Of a stretch of 64,000 nt of DNA, positions 50,701 to 62,853 are shown piece after piece (positions within the stretch are counted from its first letter, which is position 1; the number at the start of each line of letters is the position of its first letter). A model generated the notes under the pieces. That model searched no databases. It was not told where the DNA came from and saw nothing but the letters and a program-made list of their open reading frames with translations. A program made the translations under genes and the position numbers. This DNA is from Bugula neritina (lineage: Eukaryota > Animalia > Bryozoa), in contig OZ037771.1 of NCBI GenBank assembly GCA_964035545.1, forward strand, positions 15,161,289-15,225,288. The letters run 5' to 3'.

Positions 50701-53700
50701 CATAACACCTATTTACATTGCTTGACTAGCCAGGAGGGGGGGGGGTACATGTGTAGGTGGCCGTACTTCTATCACTTCTTCGCCAGCCGTTTCTCTAGTC
50801 GGGTCTGCAACTTAGCCAGCTCGGTGGTCGCTCGCTTCTGTTCCTTACTGAGGCGAGCCATACGCCATTGCACTTTCCTAATGTCAGTTAGTAGGGATTG
50901 GTCAGGGTCGCTGTCATCTCGGGGTGTGCTGCTAGCACCCCTCTTCTTCTTATGGGTGTGTCGGGGCACGTAAGAGATTGTCGTCGTTGGGGGTTGTGAG
51001 TCCTTCGTTACAGCGCGTCCAGCACGGGTCACTACGACGCGTAGGGGTTGGGTGGTTACGTCTGGAGGGTAGGTAGTCGTTATTTCGGAGGGTTGGGGGT
51101 CTGCATCAGAGTCACTCTCTACTGTAGGTCGGGTAGCGGGGAAGTGGTCCAGGAGAGTCTGTCGTCGGTCTGGGTCGGTCACGTGAGGTAGTATTAGGTC
51201 CCTGAACTCCGTGTAGGAGTCCGCGTCGACTTCATACAAGTGTCCAACATAACAGTCTCTAGTCCGTTGGTGTCGCAGTATCGTGTCCCTGCAGAAGTGG
51301 TGGACTCCGCAGGGACAGAAAGTCACAGTAAAGTGTTGGGGAACATGTATTCTCAGTCTCCTAGTAGTCGATAGTATTCTTCTACATTCAGTGCATTGTC
51401 TATTGTCGTCTGTCCCTACTAGTGCTTCTATCAGTGTTCGAGTCCGTCGAGTCGTCCAGTTAGTCCGTCCCAGTAAGGCCCGTGGTAGTGCTAGAGTATT
51501 GTCCTTGGCTACAGTCAAGTCATCAGTCAAGTCGTTGGTATCAATTTGCATCGCAGTGTGTGTCGGGGAGTCCGTAAATGTTGCTAAGTGTATGTCGGAC
51601 AGCATGTCTACCCCTGCTTCTGACATGCTGTCCCAGTTAGTCGTAGGCGTGTCAAGTAATGCCTGTATCTCGTCGGATACAGGCTCAGTCTCACCTGCAA
51701 TAGAGTATTTAAATTTAATTACACTCTATGCGTGGGACTCCCGTTCCAAACGATATTAATAATCGAGTCTCACAGTCTGTCACTCACTGATCGTGTAATC
51801 AGCTGAGTCGACTGTCCCACTCTAACTATCAATATCATTCGCTGTCAGGAGTTTCAACTTTATCATTATGACAAAGTGAGACTGCTGTCGCTACCAGAAT
51901 AAATTCTAATTAATTATTATAGAATTTCTAGTAGACTTACCCCCCAAAACAGTTGCTGCATTAGACATAATGATGCTGCTGCTTTCTTAGGGCTCGTAGA
52001 TAGCCAAATTGTTTATTGCAAAAGACGTGCTGCCTGTTTGCTAGCTGTAATTGAAAAGAGCGCTCACAGCTAGAGTGCTTATGTAACACCCTATACGCTG
52101 TGATTTGGCTACGCTCTGCTGACCCCCGGCTGACCTATTCAATCCGCCACTGGGTCGCCTGCTATCAATTACTTCGCTCCCCCAGACTTCTTTGTGAATG
52201 TCGCCATGCTACAGAATACTGTGCATGTCGACCAAGTCACACAAGAAGTCTTTTAAATAAGATGGTGGCGCCCTGGTACGTTGGCTACGGTCCAACGGTA
52301 CCGGGGAGTTTGCTGCGACTGGTGACTCTTCCACCACGGGTGGTGTCGCCAGTACGGGGGGGTCCACCAGTACGGGTAGTCCTCCCCCAGCTGCCTCTCC
52401 CTCACTATTTTGGGGGATTTCCATCTCATCCGGAACGATGGGCCTGTCGACCGGCTCCACAGGTGGTGGGGCCGGCTCTGACAAGTCTTCAGGTGTGTCG
52501 ACCTCCTCTTCCTGGGGTGGAGGAGGCTGGGGCTGGTCGGCCGACGCATCAGCCGCCCCGTCCTGGTCTGGCAGTATCTCCTCAATCTCTCAATATGCCA
52601 TGGGTCGCCCCCTCATAGGAGGGCGCCTAGCTGGCTCTAAGAGAGGAGGTGCTTGACCTGCCGCATCAGGACTTGCCCAGTGAGGTTTTAGCCGTGCCTC
52701 GTTCTGGACCGACACTTGTCCAGACCGTTCCACTTTGTATGTATGGTTTGGCATTACCTCAATTACGCAGTAGGGACCTACAAACTTTGGCTGCAACTTG
52801 GCTGCCTGTCCGCGCCTGCGGCGATGACTGGTCATCCAGACCCAGTCCCCCACCTTGTATAAAGGTGGGTCGTCAGAGTCACCACTCCTGACCTGCCACT
52901 GCTGCTCACGTAGCACCTCGTGAGCCGTTCCCATGCGTTTTACGAGCTCGTCCACGTAGTCGTGGACATTGCTCTCGGGATTCGGAACATGATAGATTAC
53001 GTGCTCAGGAACCCTTGTTTCTCTCCCCAGCATGAGAAAATTAGAGGTCTCCAGTGTACTGGAGTGAGGGGTACCACGGTACGCTCGCATGATCTGCGGC
53101 AACACCAAGTCCCACTCTTCCTGGCTCCTACCGATAAGCAGGCTTCTCAGAGAGTCCCCTAGCATTCGGTTGTTCCGCTCCACGACCCCGTTCTCTTGCG
53201 GGTGATACGGGGTCGTCCGACTCTGGTTTACCCCCACACTCTACAGAGATCGCTCATAAGTTGCGACTGAAACTGGGCGCCTTGGTCAGAGTGTATCTGC
53301 TCCGGCAAGCCGAAATAGCAGAACACCTGCTGATCCAAAGCTCTGGCCACCGAGGGGGCCGACGCATCTGGAATAGCCATTGCATCAGCCCACCGCGTGA
53401 AATGGTCAGTTAATACCAGTATCCAGTTATTACCTCTCGCTGTAGTGGGCATGGGGCCTACCAGATCGACAGCAACCACCTGCCACGGACGACCGGCATG
53501 AAGGCGACGCCTCCCTGCGGTCTCAGTGGGGCGGCCATGCTTGCTAGCTTGGCACACCTCGCACTTCCGCACCCGGAGTCGGACATCTCGGGTCATACCG
53601 GGCCAAAACCACTGAAGTTGAAGACACCTGATCACCCGGCTAGCTCCTGCGTGAGCTTGCTTATGGGTGTCCCAGATCAACTCCCGCCTCAAAGCTGACG

Positions 53701-56700
53701 GGCAGACTACCCTCTCTCGTTCACTGCGATTGGTGCCGGCTGCCAATGTGATTGTTAGCAGCCCATCGCCGTTGAACCTGAGGGAGTCCCAGCGGTCACA
53801 GAAGTACTTAAACTCAGTACTCTTCACTCGCTGTTCGGCCTCACTCGGCCGCCGTCCCTCCTTCTTGGCCCGGACTAGGTCAGCTACCACTCCTGGTAGC
53901 GTGGACTGGAGCCGACATAGCTCCCTGACGTTCCGAAGCAACGTGGGGTTTGCGTGGAGGTTGTTAACAGCTTTGTTGGGTGATTCGGACAGGAGTTGCC
54001 CTTCTTCCCAGCTGTACACACCCGCTTTTCCCAACTGCGCTTCGACGTCCGAGCGAGGGGGTCCACCGTCCCTGCGCTCGATATTCTGGCATTGCTTACA
54101 CCCATCTGCCTGGCGGCGGCTGAGTCCATCTACATTACCGTGTTTCTTACCGGGTCGATGCTCGATCCGATAAGAAAACTCTGCCAGGATCTCTAGCCAG
54201 CGCGCCACTTGGCTGGATGGTTCTGCCCGTCGACACAGCCATATCAGGGACGCATGATCCGTCCGAAGCCGGAATGTGCGCACATATAGATATGGTCTAA
54301 AGTGTTTGACCGCCTTGACTACTGCCAAGAGTTCCCTCCTGGTTGTACAGTAGTTCTTCTCAGGCGCCGACAGGGCCTTGCTATAGTAAGCCACCACCAC
54401 CTCGCGACCATCTTGGACCTGCGATAGCACAGCCCCCACATTATGGTTACTAGCATCAGTATCCAAAATGTACTCCTTCGCAGGGTCAGGATACGCCAAG
54501 ATGGGTGCTTCCACCAGGCGATCCTTCAGGTGGTCAAATGCCTTCTGCTCAGCCTGCGTCCACTGCCATCGCACCCCTTTTGCGGTCAGCCGATTTAACG
54601 GCTGTGCAATTCCGGCGAAGTCTGGTATGTACTGACGATAGTACCCTACCAGCCCCAGGAACGCCCGCAATTCAGAGAGGTCGACAGGAACGGCCCAGTC
54701 CCTCACGGCCCGTACCTTCTCGGGGTCGGTGGTGACCCCGTCTCGACCAACTACATGGCCCAGGTACTTGTCCTCGCGTTGCAGTAATGCACACTTCGAG
54801 GGTTTTAGCTTCAGGCTAGCAGCTCGGAGTCTGTCGAACACCTCCCTGAGTCGACTGACATGTGTGTCGAAGTCGGGGGAGATGACGATGACATCATCGA
54901 GATATATGAGCAAGGTCTTCCAGTGCAGTCCACTCAGGACCTGCTCCATGAGTCGCTGGAAGGTGGCTGGTGCGGACGTGAGTCCGAATGGCAACACCTT
55001 CCATTTCCAGAGCCCATCCCGCGTTATGAACGCGGCCTTGTCCTGTGCTTCAGGACTCAGGGGCACCTGCCAATACCCGCTTAGCAAGTCCAACGTGCTG
55101 AAGAACTTGCTACCAGCTAAGGCATCGAGCGACTCATCGATCCTCGGTAGAGGGTAAGCATCCTGGATGGTCACGCTGTTCAGCCTGCGATAGTCAACGC
55201 AAAACCTCCAGCTACCATCCTTTTTCCAAACCAGGACGACTGGAGAACTCCAGGCCCCATGGCCTGGCTCAATCAGGTCCCGGTTCAGAAGGTCTTGCAC
55301 CTGACGGCTCACTTCTCTCTCCTTCTCACGACCTAACCGGCGGGTCGGCTGCCGAATCGGCACCTTCCCCGCCGCCAGGGGTATCTCATGACGAACCATC
55401 TCAGTCAGACCCATGTCATGGTCGCCGCAACTGAACACGTCCTTGTACTCAGAGAGTAGCCGCGCCATCTCCAGGCGTTCTCGCTTGCTCTCACAGCCAT
55501 CACAGGCATCCTCGTACAACTCTGCTACGTGTTCAGGCACCGGCCCCCTGCCGTCTCTAGTGGGTACTCCCCGGGCACCGTCCGCTGTTTCCAGCGCGGG
55601 CCCTACATCCTCCTCTTGCACGGAGTGAAACTTCCCTACTAGAGACCCAGCCGGTAATTCTACCGGCTCCGTGAAAGGGTTTACGCACTGGACCAGGAAC
55701 TCCCCCCGCTCATCCAGTCTATTCAGACTGTTAGCGAGCTGGACGCCCCCCAGTGCACCTTCCACCACTCCGAGCTCGGAGATCTCCCTACAGTTCACTC
55801 TGCAGCGAACTGTAGCCCGGGAGCGCCCAGGTACAGTACAGCGCTGTACCACCTGCACTCCCCCCACCAAGGGTCGGCCAAATCGGTCGACACAGGCCAG
55901 CTCACGCCCCGCCATCACTACTGCCGACTTGCTAAAGTCTATGTAGCACCTGTGTCGTTTCAGAAATGGCATGCCCAAGATGGCATCCTTCTTGAGTTGA
56001 CTGACGATGAAGGTCTCACTGATCATCTGATCACAGACTTTACCAGTCAACTGGATTACCCCATAGAAAAGAATACACGACCCGTCCGCCAACGTGCCGT
56101 GCTCCCCTTCATATGGTTCTAGGCTAGCCCTGTCCCTGGCACTGAGAGTGTCGAAGAGACGTCGACTTGGTAGATTTGTGGTGCACCCAGTATCCAACAG
56201 GAATGTGGCAGCTTTACCAGCAATTTTGCCGGGGAGGAAATAGCTGCTTCCATATGGCTGAGCGCTCACTGAGCGGTTTGTCTCTTGAGGCGACACCTCA
56301 TGTGCATGGAGTTGGGGATGCACCTGTGCTTTTCGGTTTGCGAGGGGGTCGTCGACGTTGTATGGGCGGGCAGGGTACGTCTCGGTCTCGCTCACACACG
56401 GGCGGCCGAGTGAATTCTCGGACTGATGCTCGTGTGGGCAACCGAGGAAAATCCCTGTTGTGCTCCCATTCGTCGTTCACTCCCTCATTAAGCAAACCTT
56501 CAAAGCGGTTTTTGAGTGCCCAAGCCGGAGGTATTGGTGGGCCTTGCGGCCGACTCACTCTCCTTGGGGCTTGCCACTCTGGCGAAGGCGGCCTCCTCAC
56601 CCGGTGGGGTGGGGGCCGTAGCCTCTGCCTTGGGGGGTTAAACTGGGGCCCACGGTAGGCGGAAGTTACCGTGGGCCGTCGCTGTTTAACCGCCTCCCAC

Positions 56701-59700
56701 TGCCGCGGGGGCAACTTCGTAGGAAGTGTCCACCACTACCACAGCCCCAGCATACGGGGCCGCGCCTGTCGTCGACAGCTACCGACGACCTCTTGGGTCT
56801 CTCGGCTGTCGCCTGCTGGCGCAGTTGCCTGATCTCGGCGAGCAGTTCTCGAATCAAGCTCGTGGTTAAGCTAGATTCGTCTGCTGCTGCCGCTGCGACC
56901 TGTACAGCTGTTTTCGTTGGCGACGTCGACACGTCGTCTGCCCCGACTTGCTGTACTGTCGCGCCAGGTCGACTTGCACTGTCGGCTTGGAAATAGGCAT
57001 TCCCAAGCCTTAGAGCTCTCTCCATGGTCTCAACTTCGGCCACCAGCAGATGCTGTTTAAGACCGAGGTTGTTAATAGACTGGAGGAATGCATCCAGTGC
57101 TAGGCTCTGTCGACCATCGGCAGGCAAGTCGCTGTAAGCAACTTGTGCCAGTCGTTCGACTACGGTAGCGTGCTCTCGCAGATTGGTCTTAGGATTTCTC
57201 CTAAGACTCTGCAGTTGCACGCGAGCATCTCGAGCGGTTAATCCAAACCTAGCTCGTATTGCTTCAAATATGTCACCGACATTCTGGCTTATCCCATAGG
57301 GTTTAGCCGGCCCTGTCAGACACAACCGCAGCTGGATCAGAGTAACCCTGTTCGGCCATCCGCAGATGTCCGCCACATCACTGAACTCAGTGATGAATTG
57401 CTCCACATCTTCTTCTCCTGAGAAGATGGGAGCCCGCAAGTGGTACCTGTCCATAGGCAGCGCTGGGCCGCCTATGTGATCCTCCTCTATTGCTGCTGGC
57501 TCCTGTCGGGGCGCGTCGACGACTTCGTCGGTCATCTTACTCCCTGGCTAGGGGCATTTGTACTAAGTGAAATCCCACCGCTGCCACCAGTGTAGTGAAT
57601 TTTGCCAGTTCACTATTATTATTGTGTGGGTCTACTTAGTCAAAGCCACTGCACCAGGTTGTTTACGATAAGATACTTTATTATTTACACAAATACAAGA
57701 AGGTTATTTACTGCTAGCATGAATAGAAAACGATTACATAATTAGTGAGCTTTAATACACAACTACTCTAAATGAAGTCCCAAGCTGCTCTGCCGGCTAG
57801 CTACTCAGCGCACTGCAACTACGAGTAGCTAGCTCCACCTGCTGTTAATTAGTGTCACTGTCCTGATTGGTGGCTACTAATGGTGCCACTACTGTCCATA
57901 GTTACACTCCGACAGTGTCGAACTCACAAGATAAATAAACCATATAAAGTATAAACCTTTTCGATTAATATAATAAGAATTGCACTACTAAAATCTATCA
58001 CAATATAACATGTTTTATTGGTATATATCATCATCAAACAATTTTTAGAGAAAGTTATAAGAAATATAAATCTCAAATAAAACACATATAGCACATATAA
58101 ACTAGAATATATTATGATTATTTCTACTGGAATTAATCATAATTTGACTGCAATCTTGTATGAGTACATATGTAGTGTATTAGACACAGTTAGAAGGTTA
58201 CCATTCCAAACCAGTGCACAAATGAAGAAAATTGAATGGTGGGAAAAAATATTTATAATATATTTATTTTTAGCAGAATAATAATTTCATACAAATATGT
58301 GAACACTAACTAGTTATTACATGGAATATATGAATTATATTGAAGAAGTAGTAAGTTTATACGTTACAGACATAAAATAATTACATTTAGTAAAAATATT
58401 CAGAAATTTCCTGTATAAAATAATTCATGCTTGAAAGGGTTGAGCGAAGTAACAGCTTACGTTGATGACAGGTTCTTTGGCCGGCACCACGTATCTGCCG
58501 TGCTCCTCTATGACATCATTTATGAAGTCGTGACCTTTCTCCCGAATCAGCAGCTGACAGTTCGGGGATTGTCTGGCGTGTCTCACCCAAATATTCTCCA
58601 CCGTCGTCCAGTTTGACATTTCTACGCCACACGAGAAGCAGCACACCGTATCCCCTTCACCTGCAGTATACACCTGAGTATACACCTGAGTATACACCTG
58701 AGTATACACCTGAGTATACACCTGAGTATACACCTGAGTATACACCTGAATATACACTTGAGTATACACCTGAGTATACACCTGAGTGTACACCTGAGTA
58801 TACACCTGAGTATAAGAACTATGTAGCTCCTTCACTTTAGTAGCATAGAACCTTGCCCACACTCACAGTTTTATACACAGAGTTGAAGAATGTTGGACTT
58901 TTGGGAAGTGACTTTGACAATAATAATTGTCGCTCAAATCATACCATATATCGTATCGTACCATATCGTATTGCATCATATCATATATCGTATCATACCA
59001 TACCGTATTGCATCATATCATATATCGTATCGTACCATACCGTATTGCATCATACCATATATATTATATTCTAATATAGCTACATAGTTAACCTGTTTGT
59101 AGGTTGGATGGGGAATGTATATATATAAATTAGAACAATGTTAACATGATAATATCAAGTATGTATTATAGAATTAGAACAATATATAAATTTATAACAC
59201 TGTGTGCCAGGAAATTAGAACAGTGGTGTGTTGCTATTTTTCAACCAATGCATTTCGAAACACTATAAACTTCAAGATTGATAATTGAGAGTTATGTTCT
59301 CAACATTTTCATGAACGAAGTAAAACATTGAAGTTAAAAATACAGTGTAGGTCTCTATAAATAGAAATATATGTCTCATTATGTGTCACATTACTTATCC
59401 ACCCCTGTATTGGGGGAGACTAACTTATCCGCCCCTGTATTGGGGGAAACTATAACTTATCCGTCCCTGTATTTGGGGAGACTAACTTATCCACCCCTGT
59501 ATTTGGGGAGACTAATTTATCCACCCCTGTATTGGGGGAAACTATAACTTATCCACCCCTGGATTGGGGAGACTAGCTTATCCACCCCTGTATTGGGAGA
59601 GGCTAACTTATCCACCCCTGGATTGGGGAGGCTGAACAGGGGTTGTTATGCCGTACCTTTGTAAAAGAGAGGAGAGTTGATAAACTCTACGGCCATCTTT

Positions 59701-62700
59701 CTGTTCGGCCTCGGCCATGTTAGAAATGTCGCCTCCCTCCGAGACTGGACGGCCATTTCCGGGTGTTTCACGACCTCGGTGATGATGCCAACACCACCAA
59801 GAAGGTTAGACTGAGAGTCTGGGTCATTAGCCACTTCGAATAAATCCGACAATACGTCTGGGACATTGGTAACTGCAGTGGAGCCTGCGATAGATAGTAT
59901 ATAGAACTCTGGTTATTATATAGACTGTAGGCAGTGTAGAGAACTCTGGTTATTATATAGACTGCAGGCAGTGTAGAGAACCCTGGTTATTATATAGACT
60001 GTGGGCAGTGTAGAGAACCCTGGTTACTATATAGACTGTAGGCAGTGTAGAGAACTCTGGTTATTTTACATACACTGTGGGCAGTGTAGAGAACTGTGGT
60101 TATTACATACACTGTGGGCAGTGTAGAGATATAACAAAACTCTGAGGTACAAATGCATAGAAATAATGACTCATAAGAAATTCCCGACGTCACACCATCT
60201 GCTAATGTTATAGATACCGGAAGCTTCAGAGTTTAACCCGGAAATCCCGCGATAATCCGGAACTAGTAATAGTAACACTTTCTAAGATGGTGTTTAGTAG
60301 AGCTGTTATTATTTGTCACTCACATATAGCTAGAGGAGGGGAGAGGAGTATATATTATGGTAAGTTGTTTACATTATTATGTAATAAATATATGTATTTT
60401 ATGTGTATATATATGCAATGGAATGCCAACATTAAAGCACTATAGTTTAGCTGAAAGTAGAAATAGCCTGTGTACCTTGAACAAATTGACAGCCAGGTGA
60501 GGATTTTATGTGACGGTCATGTGGTGTTGTCTCATTGTCCCAGTCCCTCAGTCTAACTTTGCAGTAAATACATTCAACCACATCACCATGGCCTACAGAA
60601 TAGCATTGTACTGTGTTACTACATGTGTTACTACAGTGTTACTACATGTGTTACTACATGTGTTACTACATGTGTTACTACATGTGTTACTACATGTGTT
60701 ACTACATGTGTTACTACATGCGCAGTGTTACTATAGCTATAACACGCCACTGAAGTTTAGTATTACTGCTTCGCACACCCCAGTAAGAACTACTATTCTT
60801 GCTGTATTTACATATCACAGTTAAAGTAGGCGGTGCTAACAGCAAATAGAGGCGTGTTTAACTATGCTATGCAGTCGATAGATAACTGGAAGTGAATACA
60901 ACTCCGCACTTGGCATTGCTTTACATCTGCAGCCGCAAAATATCAAACATTATTCTAAAAACAGGCTAGGAAAAAGCATTTTAGACCAAGCTCTACAAGA
61001 GTAAATTTACTGAGAGGCATAGTGAAGGGCTCAACATACATAGGCCTACCAACTCCCAGGCTAATCACATGAAAATGAGTAAATGGAAAATGGAAGATTT
61101 AGTAAATTTTAACTATTGCGCAGTAATTGCATAACTCACATTTACATGCACGGTTATATAATTACTAGCTACAGTTGGCTGCAGATATGGGTGTAGTGTG
61201 AGTTCCTACGCAACCAATAAGCTATTTACGTAGAGCTTTATTACTAAGTTATAATGTGTGAGGCTAGCCTTTGTTATCTTAGCTGCGGTAGGAATATAAG
61301 CCACAGCACACTACTCTAGTGCGTTGTATTATCATCATCGATCTCACCGTACCTAAATGACGAAACAATTATACGGAATATTACTTGGGTATTGCGTAGC
61401 AACTTTCCAATAGAAATGCGTCATGAGTCGGTAGAATGATAAAATTAGTAACTAGTAAGAATGCAATAGCAAAATGCAAAGCTATGAATCATAGTTTTAT
61501 CATAATCCAATTGTTTCATTGAGCAATGTCAACAATATGAATCATCACAAACTTTATAAAACTGCATGGCCTCTACTAATTTTTGTTAGTTATATTTTTG
61601 CTGTTCTAGGATTAGGATGTGAAAAAAGAGGCTGTGCTACACAAGCCTACCTACCTTGATAGACGAAGCCACTGGCCGCCAGCTCTCTAGTGGAGATGTC
61701 AGGTCGAGGCCAGGAGACAAAGGAACGTCTGCGGTTTCTCTCATAGCAGAATTCTGGAAAGCTCTGAGGCTGATCAGGAGGTAAGCTCAGGAGAATGTCG
61801 ATATGATTTTGAGAAATTAGAGACCTAAATGTTCACACATGTATCGTATTAGTCATACTCCACTTGAGAACTCAATGGTTTTTGTCAACTGCACGCTATG
61901 TAGGTCAAATGCAGTAAAAGTTTTTTGGTGTTTGTGTGACCAGCAAATGCAAATGCTGCAAATTTGCTGCTGGCTGGGTGTGACAGACCAACACAGTGGG
62001 AGGCCTATATTTAGCTGTGTTGCAAAATTAGGCATTTTGCATATTTACCACTTCATGATTTGCTATTGACTAGAAGTTCAAATAGAAAACCAAATATTAC
62101 TACAGCTTAGTTACCTAAGATGAGCTTTTTAATTAGCCCAGCCATAAAAGGTGAGTTTTCTAGTGAGTCTAGCTACCAGGTGGGTTTTTTATTGAGCCCG
62201 GCTACACTTAGCGAGGCTTGCAATGACAATGCAAGGAGACAACCTTTAGCTAATCATAAAGGTCAAGGGCAGGTGAAGTTCATTGTCACTCCATCTCATC
62301 ACACTTGAGATCGACTGTGTTGTGTCTAACACCATACCTGGGTGGTCTAACACCACACCTGGGTGGTCTAACACCACACCTGGGTGGTCTAACACCACAC
62401 CTGAAGTGGTCTAACACCATACCTGAGGTTGCAGTGCTTTGCATACAGCCCCTTGATATCAGTATCGTCCGACACACCATCTGTGGAGTTGTCTCGTATC
62501 CTCGACAACGTGACGTTCTGCTGCAGACCAGAGGCCGTCTGCAGCTCTCTGTGAGTCACGGCCACTTCCTCTTCTGTCACAAACGGTACGTTCAGGTCGG
62601 TCAGGTTGTGACTGGCATTGTTATTCAAGAACTGACAGTTTGGAGCAAATGTCTTGTGCCATGCTAGCGGCTGGTGGGTCGGCTGGAGACCTCTGACCTT

Positions 62701-62853
62701 GAGACCACACACCTTGCAATGGAACAAGTTGTGCTCAGAGTCGTACACAAAGCCGGCTAATGCACAAGGTAGGGACGGTGCTGAGGGCTCCCTTACAGTA
62801 CAGGTTCTCAGACGGAAATACTGACTATTGTGGGATTTATTCGAAGTGGCCAT
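47771..62853 (-). CDS. Inhibitor of apoptosis protein, BIR-BIR-BIR-UBA-RING (XIAP/DIAP2-like), 577 aa, 9 coding exons
   Basis: Exons 62853-62423, 61824-61655, 60592-60476, 59884-59657, 58660-58461, 49481-49359, 48826-48547, 48452-48363, 47865-47771. Three Cx2Cx16Hx6C BIRs, UBA-like MDSPAAQAVLDM, and C-terminal RING CKVC..FLPCGHFVCCATC..CPLCR. Confidence 0.92.
47881..48083. repeat. 50-bp minisatellite x4 in the last IAP intron
   Basis: Direct periodicity. Confidence 0.9.
49497..49897. repeat. 34-bp minisatellite, about 12 copies, beside an IAP acceptor
   Basis: Unit AACTTACAYRTACATACAGTACTTACTGTGAGGT. Confidence 0.9.
50772..51968 (-). CDS. Retrotransposon accessory gene between pol and the 3' LTR: tandem zinc fingers plus basic coiled coil, probably spliced
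   Basis: ORF 51626-50772 has CTEC-x12-HVPQH, a second C/H cluster, HKKKR and a C-terminal coiled coil. In-frame phase-1 exon 51968-51941 (GTAAGT donor) and TTGCAG acceptor at 51694. Confidence 0.65.
52209..56714 (-). pseudogene. pol: Gypsy pol (protease, RT, RNase H, integrase), disrupted
   Basis: LLDTGC protease, YLDD RT, DAS RNase H, HHCC and DDE integrase motifs. Frame break near 56300-56395, 1-nt loss in a G-run near 53231, and in-frame TGA at 52590 before the RSQRTRAPPSYLKDF tail. Confidence 0.88.
56666..57535 (-). CDS. gag: Gypsy gag
   Basis: 289-aa ORF just after the PBS, with CCHC knuckle CWGCGSGGHFLRSC. Confidence 0.9.
   Translation of the reverse strand: MTDEVVDAPRQEPAAIEEDHIGGPALPMDRYHLRAPIFSGEEDVEQFITEFSDVADICGWPNRVTLIQLRLCLTGPAKPYGISQNVGDIFEAIRARFGLTARDARVQLQSLRRNPKTNLREHATVVERLAQVAYSDLPADGRQSLALDAFLQSINNLGLKQHLLVAEVETMERALRLGNAYFQADSASRPGATVQQVGADDVSTSPTKTAVQVAAAAADESSLTTSLIRELLAEIRQLRQQATAERPKRSSVAVDDRRGPVCWGCGSGGHFLRSCPRGSGRRLNSDGPR
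58661..58812. repeat. 12-bp repeat (TATACACCTGAG), about 12 copies, abutting an IAP splice acceptor
   Basis: Direct periodicity; each unit has CAG|GT on the minus strand. Confidence 0.92.
59394..59630. repeat. About 31-bp minisatellite, about 7 copies
   Basis: Unit TTATCCACCCCTGTATTGGGGGAGACTAAC with variants. Confidence 0.88.
59903..60128. repeat. 37-bp minisatellite, about 6 copies
   Basis: Unit GGTTATTATATAGACTGTRGGCAGTGTAGAGAACYCT. Confidence 0.88.
60612..60720. repeat. 12-bp repeat (TGTTACTACATG), about 9 copies
   Basis: Direct periodicity. Confidence 0.9.
62318..62426. repeat. 21-bp repeat, about 5 copies, copying an IAP splice donor
   Basis: Minus-strand unit CAG|GTRTGGTGTTAGACCACC starts at the exon end. 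Confidence 0.88.

Larger units (their letters stand above)
50116..58002 (-). mobile_element. Full-length Gypsy/Ty3 LTR retrotransposon (7.9 kb) in an IAP intron, same orientation as host
   Basis: LTRs 57591-58002 and 50116-50525 (TG...CA), ATAT TSD. PBS 57571-57589 is complementary to the tRNA-Leu 3' end. PPT at 50526-50540. Domain order is gag then PR-RT-RH-IN. Confidence 0.97.

Noticed and set aside
58661-58862. YTQV-repeat N-terminal extension on BIR3
   Set aside because: Intronic 12-bp repeat; the true acceptor at 58660 joins PLFYK-G-EGDTVCC and completes the BIR.
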